Shown piece after piece: positions 1 through 14,561 of a DNA stretch of 64,000 nucleotides. Under the pieces are notes generated by a model. The model saw nothing but the letters and a program-made list of their open reading frames with translations, did not search any database and had not been told where the DNA came from. Within the stretch, counting starts at the first letter, position 1; each line of letters begins with the position of its first letter. Origin of the DNA: Eledone cirrhosa (lineage: Eukaryota); assembly GCA_964016885.1 (NCBI GenBank), contig OZ024743.1:277388001-277452000 (forward strand), written 5' to 3'. The translations under genes were made by a program, and so were the position numbers.

Positions 1-187
1 CTATGTAGCGATGCCTCCTCACTTTACTCAAGAAATGTGTGCTTTCGTTCGTTCGTTCTGATGGTGATTTTTGCATTAGTATTCATCTTCGTGTTTGATT
101 TTTATTGTGTGTATGTGTGTTGTTCGTTTTTCATCCGTATTCGCGTTATCCTTCGTACATGCATTCTATTAAGCGTGTACCGAAGTA

Positions 188-283
188 AAACTATGAGAAG
201 AGAGAGAGGGGCGAGAGAGAGAGAGGACGAATGAGAGAGAAGCAAGATAGAAAGAGTGAGTTATTTTGTATCTGTGTGTATGT

Positions 284-333
<50 letters not shown>

Positions 334-523
334 GAGAAAAATAAAAAAGAGATAGATTGAGTGTTTGTGTATGTGAGAGAGAGAGGAAGAGAGAAAGAAA
401 GTGGGAGAAAAACGAGAAATAGAGAGAAAGTAGGAGGGGGAGAGAGACAGTGAGAGAAAATAGAAATAAAGAGAAAGAGGGAGGGAGAGAGAGTGAGAGA
501 AAAAAGAAATAGAGTAAGAGAGA
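188..523. repeat. (GA)n-rich microsatellite / low-complexity tract
   Basis: Long GAGA runs; produces a spurious SLSLSL ORF. Confidence 0.9.
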
Positions 524-535
524 TATATATTAATT

Positions 536-720
536 ATAATTGTTTCTACGTTAGGCACAAGGCCAGCAATTACCCAGTGTATTACTGGTACTTTATTTTA
601 TCGACCCCGTAAGGATGAAAGGCAAAGTTAACCTCGGCGGGATTTGAACTCAGAATGGCAAGGGCCGTAACTCTATGCGCCAAAGCATGGCATCCGACAC
701 TCTACCAATACTGCCAATCC
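536..720 (-). mobile_element. Young tRNA-derived SINE (octopus-type)
   Basis: Reverse complement of the family GGATTGGCAGTAT...GAGTTCAAATCCCGCCGAGGTT..CTTTGCCTTTCATCCTTACGGGGTCGATAAAATAAAGTACCAG...GCCTTGTGCC..AGTAGAAACAATTA, which recurs many times in the window; has A-box-like and B-box (GTTCAAATCC) motifs. Confidence 0.85.
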
Positions 721-947
721 AATGGTGCCATTTGTGTAATGAAAACAACAGCAAAAAGCGTGTACATAAAAAAATATGTTCCAAGTAATATTTATTATCA
801 ACATGGTGAGCAAATAACCACATTACTATTGTTATAGTAGAAGAGAGACCCTGAAATTATACCGAATTCTATTTATCACATGTTGTCAAGACACGTATGA
901 TTTGATAATTTGAAAACAACTTTATTTTTTTAAGTATATTAGATTAA

Positions 948-1425
948 AGTTAACTGCTTCAACGTGAGGCCTTTTGTTTTTATTTTACTATGAAAATAAA
1001 CAAATCTTGTGATTTATTGAGACGCTTGGTTGATTTGAATTTTGAATTACTGGAATCCAAACGCAGAAATCACTATCAATAAAAATAGATTTAGAAAATC
1101 GGATAAAATAGACGGAATTCGCGAGACAAGAAGTACCATTTTCTGTAGTGGCTATCAGCTACTTTTTTCTGTCCCTAAGTTTATTTTACCCGATTTTCCA
1201 AAAACAATCGAAAAAATAGGCTTATAAGCCTCTAGAGACAGCGGAAAATTGTACAGTATCAACTGTGGGAATCGAATTCACACACCTATATGACATGTCA
1301 GCATCAATTCGATTGCCACAGGCGACAATGACCACTTTTTCTGTGTCTATGGGCTTATGTGATTAAGTCGTTTTACTATTTTCATAGTATATAAAAACAA
1401 ACAACTTACGTTGAAGCAGCTTACT
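948..1425. mobile_element. Non-autonomous DNA transposon (MITE), Kolobok-like
   Basis: Imperfect ~50-bp TIRs (AGTTAACTGCTTCAACGTGAG... / ...CTTACGTTGAAGCAGCTTACT) flanked by TTAA at 944-947 and 1426-1429; AG...CT termini. Confidence 0.6.
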
Positions 1426-2745
1426 TTAAGCTAACATTCTTTCAAAAATTCATAATTTGCTCAACGCTTGGATACGATTGATTCTTTTAAAAAACTTTAT
1501 TGATTCATGCAAAAGTAAAACAATCTAACCATAGATTATGAAAGGATAAGAAAGTATGGTGTTTTTAAGAAATGTTTGCACTTTTTCTGTACGGAATGTT
1601 TTGAAAGTACATCAAGAGTTTTTTGTTTGTCTTTTTTTTTTGTAATTTATTTAACCTCTAGACATCTTTGACGTGCAGCCACGACTTGTTGGCACAATAA
1701 AACTTAAATACAGTTCTTTATTGAAAAGAAAAAGGAAACAAAAAACAATAAGAAAACAAAACAAAAAAAAACAAGTGTTTGTACACATAAGAAATGATAA
1801 TTGGATAAGAACAACATATATATTTTCTATCTTTAACCATTGTATAACTATCTGAAGGATATTTATTTATTTATTTAAATGATGCACTTGTGCAATAAAT
1901 AGTCAATTATATGAACTGTCGCTATCGGACATCCATTAACAGATGATCAATTCCATTGACGTCAATGGGGAGGTGCGAGTTTTTTTTATGCCTTTTCCAA
2001 AGACAACATTGGCGTGATTGAAGTGAAATTTCTTCAACTTAGTATTGACTAAATTCTTCTAGTTACTCACGGTATTCACTATCTCACTATCTTACCCAGA
2101 AGAAAAAGATACTAATTTAGACACGTCTTTGCAATAAGCTGAACACTTTAGAAGTCATATAGAGAGAACATGATATGTCAGAAGAAAAAAACAACTTCGC
2201 ATTCTCTCTATTTTTCTTAATCTCTTGCGTGATACTATTCTTTCGTTTCTATTAAAAGAATTAATCCAGTAATAGTGAGTGTTCATATTTCTTTCTATTG
2301 TTTAGTAAGGGAGAGACGGACAGTGCCCATTACAACTTTTAGGGCTTCTGAAACTGGTAGAAATGAGAGACGAAGATATTCTCCTCTAGTTGCAGTTATA
2401 ATTTAAAGTATTGCTACAGAGTGGACTGCACTAAAGGGCCAGGTGGTGGTCTCAGTAAAACTTGAACTCAGAACACAATCTTCTGGAACAAATACCACAA
2501 GACATTTCTTTCAACGCTCTAACAATTACGCCACTTTTGAATGGTATCTTATTTTATGTAATTAAGGAAACGTTGACCACGTCATGATTTGTACTCAGAA
2601 CGCAGCGAGCCGGAATAAAGTGAGCTAGATATTGTTGTACTACTCTCTAACAACTCTGTCAACATGTTGCCATTTCACAAAATACGTAAGAAATTAAAAC
2701 AAAATCCTTCAAACTGTGTTCGGTACTGTTCTACCACAATCTTTA

Positions 2746-3042
2746 CCAAACAAATAAGGATCTCTATGGCAATATACCACCTATCAGCAGGTCAATACGT
2801 GGACAGAGACTCAGATTTGCTGGCCACCGTTGGCGCAGCAAGGAAGAAATAGCATGTGATGTGTTGTTATGGAGTCCATCTCATGGAGCAAGAAACGCTG
2901 GTCGTCCCAAGAAGACATACGTCAAGCAACTTGAGGACGATACTGGATGCACTGCGGAAGAACTGGCAAACGCTATGAGAAACAGAGATGGATGGAGGAA
3001 ACGTGTCGTAGAAAGCCGAGCAAGCTCGACCTGATGATGATG
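2746..3042 (+). mobile_element. 5'-truncated RTE-clade LINE, 3' end
   Basis: Translates as LYGNIPPISRSIRGQRLRFAGHRWRSKEE...GRPRRH/TYVKQLEDD...NRDGWRKRV (frameshifted); (TGA)n tail; TSD ACAATCTTTA at 2736-2745 and 3043-3052. Confidence 0.75.
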
Positions 3043-3289
3043 ACAATCTTTATTCTGCATATTATTGTTACATACAAGCCTGTTTCAAATAAATTCCAAC
3101 TATGACCTTCTGGTCTTTTATTTTTCAGGAAATATATATCCAGAACTTAACAACGCCGCGTGTCTCCCCATTTTTTCTGTAAGAAGATGGGGTGAGATAT
3201 GAAGTAAATTTAATTACTATTTTTCATAGATGGAATTGTAATATAAAAGCTGTCATGAGATCAGAGAGTAACTCTAGGAAAACCGATGT

Positions 3290-3645
3290 TCCATGCACGT
3301 CTGATTTCGCCGGAGATGAAACAACAAATAAAAACATTCTGAGATCAGAGAGTCACTCAAGGTAGAGCAGCTATTTCTCATAATTGAGAGATGACAGTCC
3401 AATATTATGGGCACGTGGTTAGAATGTCTCAGGAAACAATCGCTGGACAGATTTTTACGGGCAAAACCAACCGACAGGAGCCCCAGCAAGATGGTTCAAT
3501 AACATCCATGATCTTGGCTGGTTTCATTTGGGGATCCAGTCGGATCAGTTGGAGACGGTTGCTTCTGACAGAACCCGCAGGAAGGAGTATTCGAGGACTC
3601 TGCCCACACGATCCTCTCAGCAATAATTGAGCGAAGAAGAAGAAG
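3290..3645 (+). mobile_element. Decayed LINE (RTE-like) 3' fragment
   Basis: YYGHVVRM motif and (GAA)n tail; homologous copy on the - strand at ~56695-57125. Confidence 0.65.
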
Positions 3646-4787
3646 AATCTATCGGATTTAAAAAGTGAGTGTTCCAGTTGTTTGACCAACTGAATAAACC
3701 AACTAATAGAATTAGTGTAAGTAAAGGCGGTAGATTTGCAGAATGATTAAAGAGTCAGACATAGTTTATTGCAATATTTGTTTTGACACATTTTATTCTG
3801 AGTTCAAAACCCACTGAAGTAAACTTTGCCTTTCCTCATTCATAAATGAAGTATAAGTTAAGTAGTGGAGTCAATTAAGTCAACTAAAACCTTCCCACAT
3901 GATATTATGTCTATGATAGACACAATTATAGTGAAAGTAGCTGAATATTACTCCACAGACATCTATACTCTAACTATAAGAGGATCGGCAGGCTGACTAT
4001 GAAGTAGTATTGATGCTAAGGCTGTAAAACCTTGCATACATTCATTTCAACTCTTCTTATTAATATTTGAATTGTGTGTTTCCAGGGACTATTTTGAAAA
4101 ATAAACCTCATTTGATCATTCCATGAGAGTATCTTGGTCAGCATATGAACTTTTCAGCCAACCCTCGTAATCATCAAGCAGAAGCACGGTGACAATGTGT
4201 GTATGATAAAGCTGGCACCTGTGGCGGATTTAGGACAAATGAGGCCCTCTACTAGTTAAGTTATGAGACCCCTTACTTGGACCCAGAAGGAGGTAAACAA
4301 CTTTTAGCAGGAATATGGGCCCGTTCTCCGGCTAATGGGGTCCTGTGTTTAAACATACAGAAGCACAATGATAAATCAGGCCCTGACTGGCATATTGAAT
4401 CCAAGGTATATTCCATGTGACGATCATCCATACAGTTTCCTGAGTACGTACAGAAAAGGCATAAAGAGACAAAAGTGCTGCAAAGGGAAGTACTAAATAA
4501 TCTGGTTGAGCAAATAATATTTTGTCCACGTATAACATTCTATGATACGTGACCGAATCAAACATATTTGTCTCCAGAGAGCAGATAGAACGTGGTGACA
4601 CAAAAAAAGGTCACCTATAGTACATATATTATTTAGAAACAATTATTTACAAGTAATTAAAGAACGAAGAAAAAGCAGCAACCATAACATTTTTTACTGG
4701 TAAGAAAGGCCGTATGTTATCAGTAGGATCAAAATCTTACTAGTGCATGTATAGAAAAGATCTTACAAGAAGCCTAAGGAAATTCAG

Positions 4788-4826
<39 letters not shown>

Positions 4827-4851
4827 TCCCTTTCTCTGTCTCTCTCTATTA

Positions 4852-4902
<51 letters not shown>

Positions 4903-5017
4903 CTTGACAGGAAGGAATATCTTTTCTTCAATATCTCATAAGAAACCAATACAATCCATTTATTCGGTGTCTATGTACACGCGTGATAAACTGCTTTCTA
5001 TACCCCCTACCTCACAA

Positions 5018-5139
<122 letters not shown>

Positions 5140-5186
5140 TATATATATATACATATACACATATACATATATACATATATAAATAA

Positions 5187-5260
<74 letters not shown>

Positions 5261-5479
5261 TTGATTTGTTCTACCCCAAAGCTTATGTGACTAAATTAAA
5301 CCGCAGTGCCCCACACAGCGCCAATTAAGCATCACTGGACGTATATGCTTCAGGAAAGTTTCATTGTACATCACGTCATTTCACGTGTGGTGAACACATT
5401 GTCTCATGGCCAAAAACTGAATCAATATGAATTCTTCGTATAAACACAAGTGGTTTTGATAGTGGAGAAACAATATGCT

Positions 5480-5530
<51 letters not shown>

Positions 5531-5959
5531 TCAGACGCACATATATATGAATGCGTGTGTGTGCATCTGTGTAAGTGTGCGTGTGTCTGAGTGTGTGTGT
5601 ACGGATGTGTGTGTGTGTGTGTGTGTGTTAGTGTGTGTAACTTATTGATAATTTATTGAAGCTAAAACTTCAGAAATGTTTAGTCAGAGTAGTCTTGTTG
5701 CTAATCGATGAAATATGTTCGAAAACGAGAAACTCGGAGTAACAGTAACAATTTGTTAGATTTCTATGAATTTACTTCCACTATAGATGACGTTCTTTGT
5801 TTTTCGTTTCTACAACTAAGTGAATATTATATGCATATGTACTTTACAAAGGATACATGGTTGGATTCCCGTAGACGGTTCCGTCACACATTTTTCTGTG
5901 CGTGTAAATACATCATTTAAGTTAAAGTTTGTCACAAAAATCTTGACCATTTCTATTGC

Positions 5960-6015
<56 letters not shown>

Positions 6016-6045
6016 TCAGCCGGATGGCTGAAACAGGTAAAAGAG

Positions 6046-6087
<42 letters not shown>

Positions 6088-6107
6088 TAAATATACACGG
6101 ATGTGTA

Positions 6108-6147
<40 letters not shown>

Positions 6148-6274
6148 TAACAGATTAAAGTTTAAGCAAAGAATCGCTGCTTTCACCTTATATATCACTC
6201 AAATATAACTATATATATATATATATATAGTTATATTTGAGGAGGGTTATATTGTTATAGTATTGCCAGGAATA

Positions 6275-6488
6275 ATGATTTCTAGTATAGGCACAAGGCC
6301 AGTAGTTTTTTTTGGGGGGGGGGGGGGGGACAATTAAATCGACATCGGTACGTTACTGGTGCTTCATATTATAATATGAAAGCCAAAATTAACTTCGGCG
6401 GGATTTGAACTTAGACCGTAAAGCGGCGTAACTTTATGCTGCAAAGCATGGCGTCCGACCCTCTACCGATACTGCCAATCCACCGCCC
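6275..6488 (-). mobile_element. SINE, full length, with TSD
   Basis: SINE family sequence flanked by TATTGCCAG(G/A)AATAAT; a related empty site lies at ~32739-32760. Confidence 0.8.
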
Positions 6489-6732
6489 TATATTGCCAGA
6501 AATAATAATAAAACAGACTCACTGTTTGGTTTGGATTAGTTTTCGCTTCTGTATCTTTTATATCTCCATAGATAATTTATCTGGCAATCAATGTCTCTCA
6601 TTGATTGAACATATAACAATATCTGTTTCAACGCGATTTCATATCACTAAACCTTGCAAAACAAATATGTATATATATAAATAGGAGACGAAGCAAGCCG
6701 TTTCCTCACTCACTCAATGGACAACTAAGTTC

Positions 6733-6903
6733 GGCAGCATCGGTAGAGGGTCGGACGCCATACTTTTCAGCATAGAGTTACGGTTTGAGTTCAAATCCTG
6801 CCGAGGTTAACTTTGCCTTTCCTCCTTACGAGATCGATAAAATAAAGTACCAGTAATGCATTGGGTTAATTGCTGGCCTTGTGCCAAAAGTAGAAACAGT
6901 TAT
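6733..6903 (+). mobile_element. SINE
   Basis: Matches the family consensus. Confidence 0.8.
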
Positions 6904-7046
6904 TAAAATTAGAACACAGCTGGGCAGCTGGTTATATATATATATATATTATAACTACACTCTTGGAAAAGGTTTGCTCAACACAAACTGAAATAGCTTG
7001 GTGCCGCGGTCGGGATTTTACAGCTCTGTCTCACTCTTTCTCTCTA

Positions 7047-7079
<33 letters not shown>

Positions 7080-7090
7080 CCTCTCTCTCC

Positions 7091-7133
<43 letters not shown>

Positions 7134-7134
<1 letters not shown>

Positions 7135-7562
7135 CTTAATCTTAGTCTTAGTTCCTCCAATCCCTTGTGGAACATTGGGCGACGAGCTTCCTCCACTTGA
7201 TCCAGTCACTGGCGGCCCTTCTAGCACCTCTCCAGGTAATTCCCATCTCCCGCAGGTCCTCCCTGAATGTGCTCCGCCATGTTTTTCGTGGTCTTCCCCG
7301 TTCTCTCCTGCTACTTTCTGGTACCCAATCCATGGCAATATGAGCAGGTCGATCTGCCGGCAAACGAAGGATGTGGCCCGCGAAACGCCGTCTTCTTTTC
7401 CGGACAATGTCTCATAACCTCTCCAATCCTGACCTCCTCATCACTTCCTCGTTGCTAACTTGGTCTCTCCATGAACTTTTCAATATGGTCCGAATGCAAC
7501 GACGGTGGAATACATCAAGCTTGTTACATACACTTTCCGTACTCTTCCATGTCTCACAGGCA
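7134..7562 (-). mobile_element. 5'-truncated RTE-clade LINE, ORF2 C-terminus
   Basis: CETW...KLDVFHRRCIRTILKSSWRDQVSNEEV...RFAGHILRLPADRPAHIAMDW...RGRPRKTWR; short tandem-repeat tail. Confidence 0.85.
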
Positions 7563-8301
7563 TATATCGCTCTCTCTCTCTATATATATATAGATGCATA
7601 CACGCACGCACACGCGCGCATTCACACAGACATATACTTACATATACACTCACATATCAATTGAATGATATTGGCGTTTGAGCGGAATACAGGGATTCGG
7701 AGTGGCTTGAAAAGGCCAGAAAAGCACCAAAAATAAAATAAAATAAAATAAAATAGCGACAACCATCGGAACTATAACAATAACCAAACCTACCATTAGT
7801 GCTTGTACTATTGCCACCACTACATTCACTGTCAAAATCATCACTACCACCTGAAGGCAAGTAACACATCTACCTCAACCAACTCCGCTTCTTTTTGCTC
7901 AATTTATTAAGATGTACATAGTTCAACAAGGTAATGGCTAGGTAGAGTTGGTTAGCTGGCTGGTTGGGTCGCTGACTGGTTGGATTGTTGGTTGGCTGGT
8001 TATTTGGTTAGAGGCCTGTGAGACAATTCATATTTTAACAACGCCATGTGTTGCTAGCATCGCTGGGTGTAATTATTATTAAAAGTGGAGATCGCAGGCA
8101 TTCTCAGTCTTCAAAAGAAATATCTATACGCATCTCTTTCATTTCTTTCCCCTCTACGCCGCCTCTACCCCATCTCTCTCAAAATATCTTTATACATACG
8201 TACACATATACACACATACATGCGTTCTATATATATATGTATATATATATATATATTTTTTTTTTTATATATCTATGTATATATATATATATATATAAAT
8301 A

Positions 8302-8380
<79 letters not shown>

Positions 8381-8391
8381 AATTGTATAGA

Positions 8392-8476
<85 letters not shown>

Positions 8477-8559
8477 GTGTGTGTGTTTACAACTGACCGT
8501 GTATTTTTTAGGCATATATAAATACACACATTCATATATATCTATATATATATCCACAG

Positions 8560-8605
<46 letters not shown>

Positions 8606-8828
8606 ATACAAGTATTTGTGTGCGTGTGTGCGTGAGTGTGTGTGAGTGGGTGTATGGCAGTGTCTGTGTGTGCCTGTGTGAGTGAGTGTATGCAAGTGTG
8701 TGTGTGTGAAAATAAGTATTTAAAGTGGTGGACGGGAAGTTCAAGATGTAATTCATATATTGATAAAAAGAAATTTCTTCGAGTTCAGGGACTCACACAT
8801 ACCTCTGCTCTTCACCAATCATAGATAT

Positions 8829-8866
<38 letters not shown>

Positions 8867-8913
8867 TTTATGTATATATATTTATATATATACATAAATT
8901 CATATATATATTC

Positions 8914-9055
<142 letters not shown>

Positions 9056-9089
9056 GAATATATTATATATATAAATATATATATATAAA

Positions 9090-9138
<49 letters not shown>

Positions 9139-9303
9139 GGATGATATTCGAGAAATATATAGATATGGTACGCGTTTATGCGTATAATCGATTTTATAGC
9201 CGCGAGCAAATATGATCGATGACTTCAAAGCGGAATTATAAAATAATTCCGCTACAATGTTGGTCATGACGGCAATAATAAATATAATGATGACGACAAC
9301 ACG

Positions 9304-11228
9304 GTGACGACGGGAACGAGAGTGACGACGGCGGGAACGAGAGTGACGACGGCGGGAACGAGAGTGACGACGACTGGAACGAGAGTGACGACGACGAGAA
9401 CGAGAGTGACGACGACGGGACGAGAGTGACGACGACGGGAACGAGAGTGACGACGACGGGAACGAGAGTGACGACGACGAGAACGAGAGTGACGACGACG
9501 GGAACGAGAGTGACGACGACGAGAACGAGAGTGACGACGACGGGAACGAGAGTGACGACGACGGGAACGAGAGTGACGACGACGGGAACGAGAGTGACGA
9601 CGACGAGAACGAGAGTGACGACGACGGGAACGAGAGTGACGACGACGAGAACGAGAGTGACGACGACGGGAACGAGAGTGACGACGACGAGAACGAGGGT
9701 GACGACGACGGGAACGAGAGTGACGACGACGGGAACGAGACTGACGACGACGGGAACGAGAGTGACGACGACGAGAACGAGAGTGACGACGACGCGAACG
9801 AGAGTGACGACGACGGGAACGAGAGTGACGACGACGAGAACGAGAGTGACGACGACGAGAACGAGAGTGACGACGACGAGAACGAGAGTGACGACGACGG
9901 GAACGAGAGTGACGACGACAGGAACCAGAGTGACGACGACGAGAACGAGAGTGACGACGACGAGAACGAGAGTGACGACGACGGGAACGAGAGTGACGAC
10001 GACGGGAACGAGAGTGACGACGACGAGAACGAGAGTGACGACGACGGGAACGAAAGTGACGACGACGGGAACGAGAGTGACGACGACGAGAACGAGAGTG
10101 ACGACGACGAGAACGAGAGTGACGACGACGGGAACGAGAGTGACGACGACGGGAACGAGAGTGACGGCGACGGGAACGAGATTGACGACGACGGGAACGA
10201 GGGTGACGACGACGAGAACGAGAGTGACGACGACGGGAACGAGAGTGACGGCGACAGGAACGAGAGTGACGACGACGGGAACGAGAGTGTCGACGACGAG
10301 AACGAGAGTGACGACGACGAGAACGAGAGTGACGACGACGAGAACGAGAGTGACGACGACGGGAACGAGAGTGACGACGACAGGAACCAGAGTGACGACG
10401 ACGGGAACGAGAGTGACGACGACGAGAACGAGAGTGACGACGACGAGAACGAGAGTGACGACGACGGGAACGAGAGTGACGACAACGGGAACGAGAGTGA
10501 CGACGACGAGAACGAGAGTGACGACGACGAGAACGATAGTGACGACGACGGGAACGAGAGTGACGACGACGAGAAAGAGAGTGACGACGACGAGAACGAG
10601 AGTGACGACGGCGGGAACGAGAGTGACGACGACGGGAACGAGAGTGACGACGACGGGAACGAGATTGACGACGACGGGAACGAGAGTGACGACGACGAGA
10701 ACGAGAGTGACGACGACGGGAACGAGAGTGACGGCGACGGGAACGAGAGTGACGACGACGGGAACGAGAGTGACGACGACGGGAACGAGAGTGACGACGA
10801 CGGGAACGAGAGTGACGACGACGGGAACGAGAGTGACGACGACGGGAACGAGAGTGACGACGACGAGAACGAGAGTGACGACGATGAGAACGAGAGTGAC
10901 GACGACGGGAATGAGAGTGACGACGACGGGAACAAGAGTAACGACGACGGGAACGAGAGTGTCGACGACGGGAACGAGAGTGACAACGACGGGAACGAGA
11001 GTGTCGACGACGGGAACGAGAGTGACGACGATGAGAACGAGAGTGACGACGACGGGAACGAGAGTGACGACGACGGGAACAAGAGTAACGACGACGGGAA
11101 CGAGAGTGTCGACGACGGGAACGAGAGTGACAACGACGGGAACGAGAGTGTCGACGACGGGAACGAGAGTGACGACGATGAGAACGAGAGTGACGACGAC
11201 GGGAACGAGAGTGACGACGACGGGAACG
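9304..11228. repeat. 21-bp minisatellite (GTGACGACGACG[G/A]GAACGAGA), ~92 copies
   Basis: Directly visible, highly homogeneous tandem array. Confidence 0.98.
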
Positions 11229-11234
11229 ACAATT

Positions 11235-11750
11235 ATGATGATGGCTGGTAATGATGGTGATGATGATGATGTTGCTGATGATGATAAAGATGGTAATGCT
11301 AATGATGACAATAATGATGATGATAATGATGATGATAATGATGATGATGATGATGATGATAATTTTGATGTTGATGCTAATGATAATGATGATGATGGTG
11401 ATGATACTAATAATTGTTTCTACTTTTGGCACAAGGCCAGCAATGACCCAGTGTATTACTGGTACTTTATTTTATCGACCCCGTAAGGATGAAAGGCAAA
11501 GTCAACCTCGGCGGGATTTGGACTCAGACCGTAAAGGGACGTAACTATGCTGCACAGCATGGCGTCCGACCCTCTACCGATACTGCCAATCCACCGCCCT
11601 GGTGATACTAATAATGACGATAATAATGATGGTGATGATGATGATGATAATGTTGATGATGAATATGATAATAGCGAGCACAATGGTAATGAAGGTGTCA
11701 TTTATGATGATAAAGATGATGGCGACGATGATGATGATGACGACGACGAC

Positions 11751-11788
<38 letters not shown>

Positions 11789-11888
11789 GGATGATGGTGG
11801 TGATGATGATGATGACGATGATGATGATGATGATGAGGATGATGATGATGATGATGAGGAGGAGGAGGAGGAGGATGATGGTGACGAC

Positions 11889-11925
<37 letters not shown>

Positions 11926-11975
11926 GTGATGATGGTGATGATGGTGATGATGATGATGATGATGATGGTGACGAT
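11235..11975. repeat. Degenerate (GAT)n trinucleotide tract
   Basis: GAT/GAC/GGT/GAG triplets, interrupted by a SINE. Confidence 0.95.
11411..11599 (-). mobile_element. SINE, full length, inserted in the (GAT)n tract
   Basis: Family consensus; flanking duplication TGATACTAATAAT. Confidence 0.85.
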
Positions 11976-12061
11976 GCTGTCTGTAGTGGCGTAGAGGAAA
12001 CAATTTCATAGAAATAGAAAGTAGTAACTATGACAGTAGAGAACTAAAACCGTTATGTACA

Positions 12062-12895
<834 letters not shown>

Positions 12896-13305
12896 TATAT
12901 ATTAAAGATATAGTCCTTTTCCTGTGCAACTATCTTTATCTTTGGAGGTTTGCTGTTTACCAGGTATTTGTATATTAATTTATATTGATTCTGAAGCAGT
13001 ACAATATTTAACAATACTTTGTTATACTCAGTATAATTTTAGCCCTTTTTTTATTACTATATTGTAATAATGGTTCTTGATTTAAGCACAATGTATACAT
13101 CAGTTCTCAATCATTTATGGTGATTAATTCTGCTTCATATATATATATATAAGAAAGAAATAGGATTTCGCTTAAAGCATAGCTTTATGCAATATGTATA
13201 AATATTTCGTATCTCCAAAGAAATACGATTTTAGGAAGCCGTAGCTATGCAAACACTCGGGGACTAACCGCCCTCTAGTGATGTCCAGCAGAAGCAAGGG
13301 GGACA

Positions 13306-13349
13306 ACCGTCTATGCATTTCAGGCTTAACTCGCCTTCGTCAGGACGAT
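13306..13349 (-). ncRNA. Minimal type I hammerhead ribozyme motif
   Basis: On the - strand: ATCGTC CTGACGA AGGC gagttaa GCCT GAAA TGCA TA GACGGT. Confidence 0.75.
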
Positions 13350-13676
13350 CCATCCCACCGCTTGCGACTGCTGGACTAGAAGACAGGCGAGAATATATAC
13401 TTTTCTAGTCTGTGTAAATGAGGTGATTAATCTCATTTGCATACGAAGCTGCATAAGTTGACTCAACTTATAATAATAAAAGTCGCAACTTATAATAAAA
13501 AAATAGAATAAAAAGTCGCAACTTATAATAAAAATAGTCGCTATTTCTTTTTTATTATAATTTGAGTCAACTTATGCAGCTTCATATGCAAATGAGATTA
13601 ATCACCTCATTTACACAGACGAGAAAAGTATATATTCTCGCCTGTCTTCTAGTCCAGCAGTCGCAAGCGGTGGGAG

Positions 13677-13724
13677 GGACCGTTCTGACGAAGGCCAGTT
13701 AAGCCTGAAATGCATAGACGGTTC
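13677..13724 (+). ncRNA. Minimal type I hammerhead ribozyme motif
   Basis: GGACCGTT CTGACGA AGGC cagttaa GCCT GAAA TGCA TA GACGGTTC; stems I and II pair and loop III is palindromic. Confidence 0.75.
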
Positions 13725-13844
13725 TCCTCCTTGCTTCTGCTGGACATCAGCAGAGGGCGTTAGCCCCCCCCTCCCGTGTTTGCATAGCTACGGCTTCCTA
13801 AAACCGTATTTCTTTGGAGATACGAAATATTTATACATATATAT

Positions 13845-14266
13845 ATATCACAGAAAAAAGAGAATCAGTGTTGCGACGAAAGGAATTTATTAGACATATT
13901 ACAAATGTTTCTCGGGCGACCAGCTGGAGGCACGATCGATATGTTGATCATACTTGACACATTGCCCACTTCTTGTGGGCAACCATGAGTGGCTAGAAAT
14001 ACCGGTGACGTATACAATTCTTGATCACTCATGGAAATACAACAACAGGATCTAAATCAACAAACGAAGAAATTCGATGTTAAAGGACTATAGGAAAATC
14101 TGCTTCGTAGAATCGAGATGTATTCGACGACCGAGAGATTTCAGAGTCAGATACGATCAACATATCGATCGTGCCTCGAAACATTTGTAATATGTCCAAG
14201 AAACATTTGTAATATGTCCAATAAATTCCTTTCGTCGCAACACTGATTCTCTTTTTTCTGTGATAT
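13845..14266. repeat. Inverted repeat (~65-90-bp arms), Penelope-like terminus remnant
   Basis: ATATCACAGAAAAAAGAGAATCAGTG...CAAATGTTTC has its reverse complement at 14200-14266; an inner arm GAGGCACGATCGATATGTTGATC is also mirrored. Confidence 0.8.
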
Positions 14267-14270
14267 CATA

Positions 14271-14311
14271 CTTTGATAAGTACCAACAAGTACGAAACAG
14301 AGCTCTGTCAG
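14271..14311 (+). ncRNA. Hammerhead ribozyme motif, U3-A8 core variant (copy 1, stem I truncated)
   Basis: CT TTGATAA GTAC caacaa GTAC GAAA CAGAGCTCTG TC AG. Confidence 0.55.
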
Positions 14312-14561
14312 CTTATCTCCCCTGTTTGCTGAAAATTGAAGTAAGTGATATTGTCGCTACTTTAAAACAATAGCGTAAGGTCTTCAAAATGCTTTTAATT
14401 AAGCATACAGTGTATTGCAAAATACACTATATATACATTCATATATATATATCGTTATTTCAGAGCACCAATTCTAATTTTCAATTTCTGCTGGACCAGC
14501 AGCCGCTCTGTATAATCAGTTCCTGATTATTACTGGAATTCTATAAGAATCCAACATTCAT

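Larger units (their letters stand above)
13192..13840. repeat. ~290-bp-arm inverted repeat (fold-back of a Penelope-type terminal repeat)
   Basis: 13192-~13480 is a near-perfect reverse complement of ~13550-13840; lies between TA tracts. Confidence 0.9.

Noticed and set aside
9304-11228. Possible CRISPR array
   Set aside because: Head-to-tail repeats with no unique spacers, no cas genes, and a eukaryotic context.
9091-11486. Four ~700-aa ORFs (SSSLSFP, VVVTLVP, RRRHSRS, TTTGTRV repeats)
   Set aside because: A by-product of a stop-free 21-bp repeat; no unique domain, and overlapping frames on both strands.
11251-12011. Poly-Asp/Met/His ORFs
   Set aside because: (GAT)n microsatellite, with an ORF start lying inside a SINE.
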